Below, in pieces: positions 34,814 through 44,412 of a stretch of 64,000 nt of DNA. The stretch is taken from the IMG/VR virus record IMGVR_UViG_3300027091_000001, positions 3,711 through 67,710 of that record. The stretch is one strand, 5' to 3'. The notes beneath the pieces were generated by a model. That model did not search any database, was not told where the DNA came from, and was given only the letters and a program-made list of their open reading frames with translations. The translations under genes and the position numbers were made by a program. This DNA is from a virus. Within the stretch, counting starts at the first letter, position 1. Each line of letters begins with the position of its first letter.

Positions 34814-37659
34814 TTATGTTCCTGCCTTGTCATAACTCTTTCTCCAAGTGTACGCCGGAAAACGATTGTAGTTGCAGTCGTGTTCGTTGCGTAAAGATTT
34901 GCTACACCAGTAATGCTGGTTTGCGGCAAGAAGAGTGGTGGCACTGTAGGTAATGACGTAGAGGCAAAATGGATTACAAGAGATGTACTTCCTACTTGAC
35001 CAACACCTACAATTGCACTTGAAATACCATTGCGTTGTACTGAACCTATAGCGGATACTTGTGCTATGCCAATAATCGAAGATGAGCCAACCCTAATGCT
35101 ACTCAATGAACCCGTAATCGATGCCACTCCAACTAACGAAGCCGTGGGGAACGTGGTCTGTGGAACAGCATCTATAGTTGCCAAACTCAAAAGACCAGCA
35201 CTACTACGAACTTCAGTTGAAGCACTCGATGACACCGAACCCACTGCCGTCATCCCTGACGATGCAACAGTTACGTTACGCCCAGTCCCAAGAACCGTAC
35301 CGACTCCAATCAACGTAGACGAAGGCTGAGCGATAATACGCCCAATCCCATCTGTTGAGGCGATTCCGTATAAGGAAGCCGAGCCTGATGTTTGTTGTCC
35401 GGGGAACCCAGTAAGGATAGCCACTGCACTTAAAGCGGCACTTGAAGACTGGACATTAGTTGAATTGGCAGTGATTGTCCCAACACCAGTTATCGAGCCG
35501 GATGCAAGTGATTGCTTTGATGCACTTGCACTTACAGTTCCAACCCCAACGAGTGACGCTACACCCGACTGAACAAAAATAGTTGATGAGGCTGACATCG
35601 TAGCGATGCCAGATAGTGATGAGGTTGCACCAATGACATCAGAACCAATGGCTGAGACAGTTGCAACACCAGACAGTGAAGATGTTGGGGACGCTATGTG
35701 TAGAGCGACGGCACTGACAGTCCCAACTCCAATGAGTGATGAGGTTGGCTGAGACACGTTTGAGCCGACCGCCGTAATGGATGCAACCCCACTGATTGAA
35801 ACAGAGTTCGCATAAACAACATTGCCTTGCCCGACGATTGTTGCTGTACCCGTAATGCTTGCTGAACCGAAGGCTCCGACGCTTCCAACTACAGATGCAT
35901 TAGCAAAAGCCGTAGCACTTGCAAGAGGAGTCATCAGTTTAGTAGCATTCGCCGTGATTGAACTGACGGCACTAATGGAGGAGGTGACCCTATGTTCGAT
36001 GCCACCGTTTTGAGTTATGGTTGCAATGCCACTCAGGGAAGATGTTGCCCTCTCTTCAACACTACTAACCGACGTGAGGGAGGCAACTCCAGTAAGGCTT
36101 GCTGTGACACCACTTTGAACAAATCCTACGGACGAGAGAGTTCCAACTCCACTGATTGAGGATGTGGTTCCATTCGTCTTCTGTGGCGTTGCCGCTATGC
36201 TTCCCACACCAGAAAGCGACGTATTCGCACCCGCAATAAGTTGACCAACACCAGCCGTTGACCCTACCCCACTAACGCTTGACGAGCCATAAACCTCAGG
36301 AATACCAACCGCACTGATTGATGCAACCCCAGTGATGGACGATGTGGCGGTAACAACATTCTGTGAGACTACAGTGCCAACGGCACTAACAGAGGCGACA
36401 CCCGTAAGAGGTGAAGAAGCCCCTATGACATTCTGTGAAACCGCACTGATAGTAACCAGACCCGTGATTGAATCAGCATTAGCATAGGTGACGTTACCGA
36501 CAGCCGTGACCGTTCCAACACCGGATATTGATGAAGCCCCATAAACCTCAGGGATTCCGACCGCTGATATGGTTCCAACTCCAGACAGTCCGGATGTTGC
36601 ACCATAGATGTAAAGAGCAGTTCCAGAGGTCGAAGCAACACCCGACAACGATGCCGCACTGTTTTGCTGTCGTATTCCAGCACTAGTAAGCGTTGCTATT
36701 CCAGATAGTGAAGAGGTTGTTCCTGCAATGTATGTTGAGGAAGCCACAACTGTAGCCACCCCTGACATCGACGATGATGGCTGATGATTGTTACTTCCAG
36801 CCCCCGTGAGCGTAGCCACACCAGTTATGCTAGAAACGCCTAGTGCCACACCCGATGTTTGACCCACAACGGTAGCCACACCAGTTAGCGATGATGTGGT
36901 TCCGGCAAGGTATGTGGACAGACCTGTTGTAGTCGCAACACCAGTTATTGATGCAGTCGGTTGAATAAAGTTATTTGCAGTAGATGATAATGAGCCAATC
37001 CCTGCTAGTGTTGGTGCTGATGCAAAGATAGCGTTACCAACACCGGATATTGATGCAACTCCAGACAGAGACGCTGATGACCTAAGTTCGGTAGTTGCAA
37101 CAAATACAGCACTACTGAATGCAGTTGCAGTACCTGATGTGGTTAACAAATTTGTGCTATTTGCTGTAAGTGTGCTAACGGCAGTTAGAGAAGCCTGTCC
37201 AAGTGTCAGCGAAGATGCAACAGCACTGACAGTACCAACCCCTGAGACGGACGACGATACGAGTCTTAGTCCAAGCGATACCCCCGTGATGGTTCCAACA
37301 CCAGAGATTGAAGATGTCGGTTGAGCAATAACTTGCCCTACTGGAGTGACCGAGCCAACGCCTGACAAAGACGACGTAGGCTGAGCAATGAAGTTTGCTG
37401 TAGCCGTAACAGTCCCAAATCCAGTAAGCGGTGAGGTTGGCGTATGTAAAACACTAGCCGAGGCTGAAACAGATGCAACCGCTGAAGAAGGAGATGAGCC
37501 GACAACCAACAGGCTCGACACTGCCGCAACCGTAGCCACGCCACTGATACTTGCGGACGAAGTGTGAACCGTGCCTCCACCACTGGCTCCGAATGAACGA
37601 AGGAACCATCGGAAGTACGAGTAAAAAGACGGGCCTACAACTGGGTCTAACGCTGGCAT
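34807..37659 (-). CDS. 950-aa S/T/G/V/A repeat protein (probable fibre)
   Basis: Tandem imperfect ~19-20 aa repeats SS(L/I)(S/T)GV(G/A)(T/S)(V/I)xAxG. Confidence 0.75.
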   Translation of the reverse strand: MPALDPVVGPSFYSYFRWFLRSFGASGGGTVHTSSASISGVATVAAVSSLLVVGSSPSSAVASVSASASVLHTPTSPLTGFGTVTATANFIAQPTSSLSGVGSVTPVGQVIAQPTSSISGVGTITGVSLGLRLVSSSVSGVGTVSAVASSLTLGQASLTAVSTLTANSTNLLTTSGTATAFSSAVFVATTELRSSASLSGVASISGVGNAIFASAPTLAGIGSLSSTANNFIQPTASITGVATTTGLSTYLAGTTSSLTGVATVVGQTSGVALGVSSITGVATLTGAGSNNHQPSSSMSGVATVVASSTYIAGTTSSLSGIATLTSAGIRQQNSAASLSGVASTSGTALYIYGATSGLSGVGTISAVGIPEVYGASSISGVGTVTAVGNVTYANADSITGLVTISAVSQNVIGASSPLTGVASVSAVGTVVSQNVVTATSSITGVASISAVGIPEVYGSSSVSGVGSTAGVGQLIAGANTSLSGVGSIAATPQKTNGTTSSISGVGTLSSVGFVQSGVTASLTGVASLTSVSSVEERATSSLSGIATITQNGGIEHRVTSSISAVSSITANATKLMTPLASATAFANASVVGSVGAFGSASITGTATIVGQGNVVYANSVSISGVASITAVGSNVSQPTSSLIGVGTVSAVALHIASPTSSLSGVATVSAIGSDVIGATSSLSGIATMSASSTIFVQSGVASLVGVGTVSASASKQSLASGSITGVGTITANSTNVQSSSAALSAVAILTGFPGQQTSGSASLYGIASTDGIGRIIAQPSSTLIGVGTVLGTGRNVTVASSGMTAVGSVSSSASTEVRSSAGLLSLATIDAVPQTTFPTASLVGVASITGSLSSIRVGSSSIIGIAQVSAIGSVQRNGISSAIVGVGQVGSTSLVIHFASTSLPTVPPLFLPQTSITGVANLYATNTTATTIVFRRTLGERVMTRQEHKC

Positions 37660-37885
37660 GACTCAGTGTAATCCGAACTTTGGATAAGTGGTATATCTTA
37701 CTTTAAGACGGAAGCCGGGACAATATCAAACAAGCCCCTTAAACGACGCAGGGGCATCGCCCCGAAAGGTTTTGCCCCTAACGCCAATCAAGTTCCGCAC
37801 GGGGAGAGTACAAGTACCCTCAGCAAATTTAAACCAGTTTTTTTAATAACTAGTATTTACGGTGAATCACCCGTGCTAGGAGGTT

Positions 37886-37925
37886 CACTTGACTTTATTT
37901 TACTACGCAGAATTACGCTTGTCAA
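37886..37925 (-). promoter_or_regulatory. promoter with TCAAGTG variant and ~230-nt structured leader
   Basis: TTGACA-17-TAAAAT then aaagTCAAGTG. Confidence 0.65.
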
Positions 37926-38265
37926 GTGTTCTTTTTGTTTTACTTCTGACATCTGAACGATGAAGTCGTTCAAGTTCATGTATGTAGGCAAGTTTCCAAG
38001 CCCGTGTCACGAAGTAGATGGGCATTTCCTCATCATCATGAACAATGATATTCACAGTGAAGATGACTTTTGATTGAAGTTCAATGGTGGCAAGTTCAAT
38101 GGTTATGACTGCCGTCTGACCCTTCGGACACCAAGTCACGGCGATGAGTTCATTTTCAACTATAGACTCAGCCGTAACTTTGGAGCAATTGCCTTTGAAA
38201 GCCGATAAGACAAGAGCCTTTCGGACTAGATTCTCTATAAGCGGCAGTATAGATTGGTCAAACAT
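37903..38265 (-). CDS. hypothetical protein downstream of endolysin
   Basis: Likely start MFDQ coupled to endolysin stop. Confidence 0.55.
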   Translation of the reverse strand: MFDQSILPLIENLVRKALVLSAFKGNCSKVTAESIVENELIAVTWCPKGQTAVITIELATIELQSKVIFTVNIIVHDDEEMPIYFVTRAWKLAYIHELERLHRSDVRSKTKRTLDKRNSA

Positions 38266-38807
38266 TAGAATTCTACGAGTACAAATCCGCCATACTGACC
38301 AAGTTCTGACCAATTGCGTTTCTTCTTGAAGACACCGTCTCCATCACGCTCGACAGAGTCTTCATCAGATGGCTCAGGTGATGTGTTGCCCTCAACTGTC
38401 CATACGCCCCAGTCTTGAACCTCAACAACAATTCCAATGTGTCCGATTCGCCCAAGTTGGGAGAAGTAAAACAACGCACAGTCACCAACTCGAATCTTTG
38501 ATGGATTCGCCGTAGCATCAAAAGCACTTACCCACTTGCTATTCGCCTTACCCCATTTACTCCAGTCGGGAGTGTATCCAGAGCGAGGGAAAGTTGTATC
38601 GTAAGTGATACCTAGTTCAGTAGCGGCACTTTTCATACGGAATCGAACAAAGGCCGCACACCAAGGAGAGCCGGGTGGAATTGATGGCTTACATGAAGCC
38701 TGATACAACTCGACAGACTTGCCCCTATTGTCACCTTCTTCCATTGTTCCGACATTGGCTAACGCTTTACTTGCCGCTAACAACGCAATTGCACGACTCA
38801 TATACAC
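38265..38807 (-). CDS. CHAP-domain endolysin (amidase/peptidase)
   Basis: SPWCAAFV, GDCALF, GHIGIV, VEGNT. Confidence 0.9.
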   Translation of the reverse strand: MYMSRAIALLAASKALANVGTMEEGDNRGKSVELYQASCKPSIPPGSPWCAAFVRFRMKSAATELGITYDTTFPRSGYTPDWSKWGKANSKWVSAFDATANPSKIRVGDCALFYFSQLGRIGHIGIVVEVQDWGVWTVEGNTSPEPSDEDSVERDGDGVFKKKRNWSELGQYGGFVLVEF

Positions 38808-38905
38808 CTCCTGTACTTAGTATTATAGTTGCATTATTGACAAGCATCACTTTTAGTTTTGGACATACTAAAAAACCCTCATGTTCCCATGAGGGTTAAC
38901 ATCAC

Positions 38906-39112
38906 TTAGACAACTCCGTGTTGCACACAGACCCAGTCTGTAGCAACGATGTCCTTGTACGTTAGCATCATCGTTCGCTTTGTACTGTCACTGTGATTCT
39001 CCAGAATGAATTCATCAGCAACGATATAACAAATGGCTTTCAACCCCCACCCTTGGCGATATATACCCTTGCCGCTTTTGTTTGCACTCTTAAATGCCTG
39101 ACTGAATTTCAC
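38906..39112 (-). CDS. DUF2829 / Tad2-like protein
   Basis: MKFSQAFK...GKGIYRQGW...DIVATDW matches the MxFxxA...G..xxRxGW...DxLAxDW pattern. Confidence 0.7.
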   Translation of the reverse strand: MKFSQAFKSANKSGKGIYRQGWGLKAICYIVADEFILENHSDSTKRTMMLTYKDIVATDWVCVQHGVV

Positions 39113-39384
39113 TTGCCTTGTAGTAGCCTTGTTGCATACTTGAATATGCTAGGATTAAGCATCTTCTTGTTTGCAACCTCCTTCTGAGAACGAGCGTACA
39201 TCTCAGATGCAATTTGCATTGACGACTGAATGCTTTTACGCAATTCCCGGACGTTATCGATATCGTCCATATGGAAGTCTTCCGCTATCATCGCTGACTC
39301 CAGCCGATTGACAATATTAATCGTCTCTAAGCAATATTCAAGTGCTACCCTTGTAGTACTGTTCACTGTATTCTTTTCTCTCAC
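39109..39384 (-). CDS. hypothetical helical protein
   Basis: Likely GTG start 39384 after GGAGG; promoter TTGACA-18-TAGGAT at 39479..39450. Confidence 0.65.
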   Translation of the reverse strand: MREKNTVNSTTRVALEYCLETINIVNRLESAMIAEDFHMDDIDNVRELRKSIQSSMQIASEMYARSQKEVANKKMLNPSIFKYATRLLQGK

Positions 39385-39600
39385 TGTAAGCCTCCACAAG
39401 CCCCATACAGGGGTTCTATTTGATTAACCAGCACATTACTGGTGAGACAATCCTACAACACGCTATAGAAGATTGTCAACAGTATTATAAAATAAAACAT
39501 TTTTAACTATTTTTACAAAGTGTTTATAAAGTACTTGACATACTGGAAAAGACGTGCAATACTATTGTCATCGGTAAAGAATAGGAAAGAGGAAACAAAA

Positions 39601-39825
39601 ATGACAACACGTATCAAAGACATCACAAACAACATGACTGCAACCGCCATGAAGGCAATCGCACTCAACACACTGTTCGGCGACTACGACCTCGGAGTCG
39701 TAACCCGCACCACTGAAGTTCTAATCGAATGGAACAACACCCGGGAAGATGATGAGATTGGAAAGTTGATTGAGGAACTCAACAATCGTGGATGGAAAAT
39801 GTTTGAGGCGCAAGTCACAAACTAG
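39601..39825 (+). CDS. hypothetical protein
   Basis: Promoter TTGACA-17-AATACT (39535..39563), GAGG RBS; long hairpin 39830..39867 after stop. Confidence 0.7.
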   Translation: MTTRIKDITNNMTATAMKAIALNTLFGDYDLGVVTRTTEVLIEWNNTREDDEIGKLIEELNNRGWKMFEAQVTN

Positions 39826-39871
39826 TCAAACTGAGAGACTACAGAACGCCCTCTGTAGTCTCTCAGTTTCG

Positions 39872-40045
39872 TTATACAGGCTCTTTTCCCGCAAGAGCCT
39901 TATCAACTACCGCTCTGACCTTCTGGACATCCTTTAGTGGCATCTTCAATATTGAACTGACAATAGCCTCAACGAGAGCATCTCCCTGAAGATTGATTTC
40001 AGGGATGCCAGTCTTCTTCTTAATGAAAGAACTAACCCAAGACAT
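39872..40045 (-). CDS. 57-aa hypothetical protein (not in ORF track)
   Basis: MSWVSSFIKKKTGIPEINLQGDALVEAIVSSILKMPLKDVQKVRAVVDKALAGKEPV; TAATG coupling. Confidence 0.65.
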   Translation of the reverse strand: MSWVSSFIKKKTGIPEINLQGDALVEAIVSSILKMPLKDVQKVRAVVDKALAGKEPV

Positions 40046-40458
40046 TAAGTTACACTAACCGTAAGTTGTCCAGCCAAGAACTTGAATACGTCACCAGACG
40101 AAACAACCTTGGATGGGGAAATCGCACCGTTGAAAAGCATGTTTCCCGTAGTGACCGCATCCCAAATTCCTACGTGCGTCACAGTGCCAGACCAAGTGAC
40201 CGTGCCTGACGCAGGGAACACAATATCAGCGGCATTTGTAGAGGATGCTGTACCAGCCGTAGTTGTAGTCCACCCAGAACCAGTTGTTACACTGATACGA
40301 GCGTAGTTTCCACCAGTTACTTCAGACGCACCAGTGTCAACGGGGTCAGCCGTATGCAACGATATAAATACCGCTGTGGGTGCGGCAGTTGTCCAAGTTG
40401 TTGTTTCAAAAGCCCAAGCGAGAATCTTGTCTTCAAGATAATTCGAAAATGCTGACAT
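40045..40458 (-). CDS. conserved phage tail-associated protein
   Basis: MSAFSNYLEDKIL...FISLHTADP...YARIS...HVGIWDA.T.GNMLF pattern. Confidence 0.75.
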   Translation of the reverse strand: MSAFSNYLEDKILAWAFETTTWTTAAPTAVFISLHTADPVDTGASEVTGGNYARISVTTGSGWTTTTAGTASSTNAADIVFPASGTVTWSGTVTHVGIWDAVTTGNMLFNGAISPSKVVSSGDVFKFLAGQLTVSVT

Positions 40459-40470
40459 TTACTTTCACTC

Positions 40471-41643
40471 CTAAGTTGGGTCGATACCCGTTAATGGATT
40501 CATTCCACTCGAACTTGCTACAGCCGCTGTCCAAGCGGCAGTAGTGTCATTCTCTTTATACACCGTAAGAGTGCTTCCAGAGATTGCACTAGCATTCCGC
40601 AAAACTTGCAACGCTGTCAGAACTGTTCGCTCCTCTTGCGTCCCATTACCATCGCCTGATGAATCTAGTTTACGTCTAAGTATTCCATCCGCAATCTGTG
40701 CCTGAGTCCATGCGTGACTACCAAGGACAACAAACGTGTCACCAGTAGCAGGAGTGCCCGTCAACGCATCTAAGGTTGCAAATGAACTATCACTAGTTGT
40801 GATGTAAGTATATGTACTGATTTGCATTGACTGACCAGTAAGTGCCCCAGTCACAAACACTATTATCTGATTGTTATAAAAGTTATTTACGGCAGTGTTG
40901 ACGTTAGTCCTGAAGATGGTTGTCGAGTTTGCTGGAGAACCAGTAGCAAGAACAGTGCCTTCAGTTACGAAGCAAGCCTTACGCAACAAGTCCATCAACT
41001 TACCAAACGTACCAGCGGTTAGGTGACTAGCGTATGCTTCATCCCAGACAGCACCAGCAATCTCAGTCCCGGCTGAGGCGGCAAGCACGGTAGACGTAAT
41101 TGCATCCGTCGCAAAAGAAGCCGATGTAATTCCGCCTGATGCTACAGAAGCCACTGAGCCAGACACATTTCCTGACGTGACGTTCAACTGAGCCGTGCCA
41201 GTACCACTCGTAAGGATTGCACCCGCTGAACCGGAAGCCACGTTAGGCATCGCTGTGAGTCCAAGGCGAACCGTGTCTAGTGGGTCATACGCAACAAGGT
41301 CGTACTCGAGAAGTACCGGAGCAATACCAGTCCCCTTTATCATCACAACAGCATGATTAACCCCTGCCGCAAAGATAGCGTTAGGAATACCAATCTCATA
41401 CAGACCGGGCATATCCGTCGCATTGACCTGAATGAAGCCACCAGACGACCATGTACCAAGCGTCCCCCCCGCAAGAGTAATGCTTCGACCAGTAGTTGTC
41501 GTGTCACCGGGACGGAAGTAGAAAGCCGTAATCGAAGCGTTAGTCAGTGCCGTCTTACCAGCACCAGCCGTAGAAGCACTATCAAGGATGAAGACATGTT
41601 CAAGCCTACTTGTTGCACCTGCCTTTACTGTGAGTTTAGCCAC
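40471..41643 (-). CDS. structural/fibre-associated protein
   Basis: N-terminal module GGF..V.AT.MPG.Y shared with fibre paralogs. Confidence 0.65.
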   Translation of the reverse strand: MAKLTVKAGATSRLEHVFILDSASTAGAGKTALTNASITAFYFRPGDTTTTGRSITLAGGTLGTWSSGGFIQVNATDMPGLYEIGIPNAIFAAGVNHAVVMIKGTGIAPVLLEYDLVAYDPLDTVRLGLTAMPNVASGSAGAILTSGTGTAQLNVTSGNVSGSVASVASGGITSASFATDAITSTVLAASAGTEIAGAVWDEAYASHLTAGTFGKLMDLLRKACFVTEGTVLATGSPANSTTIFRTNVNTAVNNFYNNQIIVFVTGALTGQSMQISTYTYITTSDSSFATLDALTGTPATGDTFVVLGSHAWTQAQIADGILRRKLDSSGDGNGTQEERTVLTALQVLRNASAISGSTLTVYKENDTTAAWTAAVASSSGMNPLTGIDPT

Positions 41644-42718
41644 TTATTCCCCCTGACATTCCTTGTGGTACTAGAATCCCACCACTACTTGATGCAGTGT
41701 CAACATATTCAATCTCAACACCACCACACACACGCTTTGTTGTGACCTCGGTGAACGCACCTGTGTTACCACTACGTGTTACCAGAGTAGAGGCATGTAA
41801 GCCAGCGGCATCCCAGTAGGCTACATCATTGACCGACAAAGTCCTCATATCCAAGTTTGCACCACCATTGCTCTGGACAACAAGGTAGTACTTCGTCCCA
41901 CCCGTCAGTACTGGGCAAGCATCGAAGAAGAACCTAAACGTATCTCTAACCTGAACCCCAGAACGAGTCTGGGCAAAATCTAGAGCACTTGATTCTAGGG
42001 CTGTTGTGCCGTCTGAATCGTACAGGATAAAAGAACCCGCAGTAGGAGTAGTAAAGCCGTACCTAAATGCTGAAACAACAAAACTACGAATCTTGTACGA
42101 CACACCACTCACCATCGTGAATGAGATGCCAATCTGAGTGTTTGACCCACCAGAGGCAACAGCATCATCAGCCTGAGCCTCAAATCTTGGATGTCCATAC
42201 CAAGCAGAAGAAGTCCCATAACCAAATGGAGGAACACCCTGACCCGCAGTTACACCAAGAATAGGATACACATTCCTATGTGTATTACTCCATTGATGCT
42301 GAGCAGACATAAGACGTGGGATTTGAATCGAATTTCCAGCACCCCAGTCAGCATTGGAGCCTATACGGTAATGATAAGTCACACCTTTTGTCAGTGCCGC
42401 ACTCAATCCAGTAAGGGTCTTCCAGCCAGTAGTTTGAGCGGTAGTGGCATGAGTTGATGTGCTAATAGCAGTACCGGGAGTAATTGCTGTAGTTGTGTTG
42501 TAAATTCCGTACAGGAGCGTTCCGGGAGTTCCAGTGACTGTTGCGATGTTTATTAGAAGCCTGTCAGCCGTTATAGTTGCGTCCGCAATGAATGTTCCAC
42601 CTACCGTTGAACTCGTAGCATTACCTACCGTACCATTTGTAGAAGTCCAAGTAACCGGGCCGCGGAATGGTTCATACTGAGTAAGGCTAATCCAGTGAGG
42701 AAACGTACTTGCCGCCAT
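41636..42718 (-). CDS. two-domain beta-sandwich structural protein, paralog A
   Basis: Paralog of next ORF; C-terminus GGILVPQGMSGGISG. Confidence 0.65.
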   Translation of the reverse strand: MAASTFPHWISLTQYEPFRGPVTWTSTNGTVGNATSSTVGGTFIADATITADRLLINIATVTGTPGTLLYGIYNTTTAITPGTAISTSTHATTAQTTGWKTLTGLSAALTKGVTYHYRIGSNADWGAGNSIQIPRLMSAQHQWSNTHRNVYPILGVTAGQGVPPFGYGTSSAWYGHPRFEAQADDAVASGGSNTQIGISFTMVSGVSYKIRSFVVSAFRYGFTTPTAGSFILYDSDGTTALESSALDFAQTRSGVQVRDTFRFFFDACPVLTGGTKYYLVVQSNGGANLDMRTLSVNDVAYWDAAGLHASTLVTRSGNTGAFTEVTTKRVCGGVEIEYVDTASSSGGILVPQGMSGGISG

Positions 42719-43830
42719 TACCCTCTAAGCCCCCCAGCCATCCCCGGATGAACTATCAATCCTCCAGCGGATGGCGTATCAAAGTAGTCTAGAAAGACCG
42801 TGAACTGAGGGATTTGCGTTGTTGTCTCGGTAAATGAACCAGTGGCACGGTCATTTCTTGTTACCTGTTTTGCAACAAGCCCATTGAAGATACTGTCAAA
42901 TGTAGTTGCTCCAATATTAACAACACGAAATTGATGTATATCTTTGTCAGCGTCACTGTAAACAACGTAGTACTTATTGCCACCAGTCAACACAGGGCAA
43001 GCGTCAAATGCATATTGCCTAACACCTTCAGCAAAAGCGGCTGAGTCTCTAGCCACACGCTTGTCATATGCATTTGAATCAAGAATAGTTGTGCCGTTAG
43101 TGTCATAGAGCCTTATTTCAAATGAGTCATCCCGGGTATTAGAGGGTAGGTGGCCACTGAATACGATTGACTTTATTTTGTATGATATGCCAGAAGGCAT
43201 CTGAAACGATACACCCCACTCAGTCATATTAGTAGCCTCAAACGACACTAGCGTCTGATGAGTGGTTGTCAACGAGTGATAGCCATACCAGTTTGTTCCA
43301 TCAGAAAACATTACCGCTGGATGTCCAGATGATTTTGTTACTGCCGTTGTTACACCATTGGCACAATATTCAAACTGCTGTGAAGTAGTAAGGTTACTCG
43401 TAAATGATGTCCTGAATGTAGCAGAGTTACCCGTTGCCCAGTTGTTTGCAGTGAAGCCAAACCAGTATCGAGTCCCCTTAGTAACAGAGGCACTTATACC
43501 TGACAGATTATATATACCTGTAGCACCACTGAATGTTGCGGAGCCAGTACTCCCAACAAGCCCTGACGTAAAGTCTGGTGCACCAGCCGAGGTCAAGGAG
43601 TAGACACCACCAACAATCGTTTTGTCGTTAACTGTCCCAGCCGTTGCCGTACAACACATTGCAATGTTCGTGATAGTCACCGACTCAGTTGCGTACAACA
43701 CGTTTCCCACACAGGTATTTGAGGCACTGTTACCAAGAGCAACACCAGTAGACGCAATAGCACCTCCGTCAGTTGGAGCATTCCAACCAAAAGGCACTGT
43801 TATCCATCCGTTATACGTCACTGCCGCCAT
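42718..43830 (-). CDS. two-domain beta-sandwich structural protein, paralog B
   Basis: C-terminus GGLIVHPGMAGGLRG; FDACPVLTGGxKYY shared with paralog A. Confidence 0.65.
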   Translation of the reverse strand: MAAVTYNGWITVPFGWNAPTDGGAIASTGVALGNSASNTCVGNVLYATESVTITNIAMCCTATAGTVNDKTIVGGVYSLTSAGAPDFTSGLVGSTGSATFSGATGIYNLSGISASVTKGTRYWFGFTANNWATGNSATFRTSFTSNLTTSQQFEYCANGVTTAVTKSSGHPAVMFSDGTNWYGYHSLTTTHQTLVSFEATNMTEWGVSFQMPSGISYKIKSIVFSGHLPSNTRDDSFEIRLYDTNGTTILDSNAYDKRVARDSAAFAEGVRQYAFDACPVLTGGNKYYVVYSDADKDIHQFRVVNIGATTFDSIFNGLVAKQVTRNDRATGSFTETTTQIPQFTVFLDYFDTPSAGGLIVHPGMAGGLRG

Positions 43831-43843
43831 CTACTATTCACCT

Positions 43844-44113
43844 CTATCCAGTGGTTGGCTCAACCCGAACCATTACGTCAGTTGATGGGTCTATAACGAT
43901 AGTGTTCCCTATCGCATTGCTTTGCATACGGTCAAGATAAGACGCTAGGAAGTAAATCACCCCGTCGTTACCTAGTCCATTTTCAGTAACTGGATTCTGT
44001 TGGTTGGGCTGTAAATCACCACGTTGAATGTACAGATAAGACCCGGGTTCAGTTTCGACAACCCAGTTCAAACCATCAACCCACATAGACAGAATTTTAA
44101 TCGTTTGCGTCAT
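43844..44113 (-). CDS. hypothetical protein
   Basis: 89-aa coupled ORF. Confidence 0.65.
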   Translation of the reverse strand: MTQTIKILSMWVDGLNWVVETEPGSYLYIQRGDLQPNQQNPVTENGLGNDGVIYFLASYLDRMQSNAIGNTIVIDPSTDVMVRVEPTTG

Positions 44114-44412
44114 GCTTTCAAGGTCTCATTATCAACCCACTTGAGCCTATGCCAAAAAAACGCCCATGTAAACAATAGTCCTATGCTGAAATTAAGGAGT
44201 ATGACAGACCAATGTGGAGTTGATAGGTTTATAACATTGAATAATCCAATTGCCGCTACCGCTATTAGGCTAAAACGAATCCATGACCTTACAAGAAAAC
44301 TCTTTTTTTGAATAGGCGAGTCCTCATGTTGAACAAGAAACATGAACGCCGTAACCGAGATAGTAATCATACTAGAAGGGACTAGGTTTATATATGTCAA
44401 TATACTCATCAT
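44110..44412 (-). CDS. three-TM membrane protein (holin-like)
   Basis: Three hydrophobic segments. Confidence 0.6.
   Translation of the reverse strand: MMSILTYINLVPSSMITISVTAFMFLVQHEDSPIQKKSFLVRSWIRFSLIAVAAIGLFNVINLSTPHWSVILLNFSIGLLFTWAFFWHRLKWVDNETLKA

Noticed and set aside
37745-37785. c-di-GMP-I riboswitch (GGGGCAAAACC...GG on minus strand)
   Set aside because: Lacks the GACGCAAA and second-stem elements; only a superficial match
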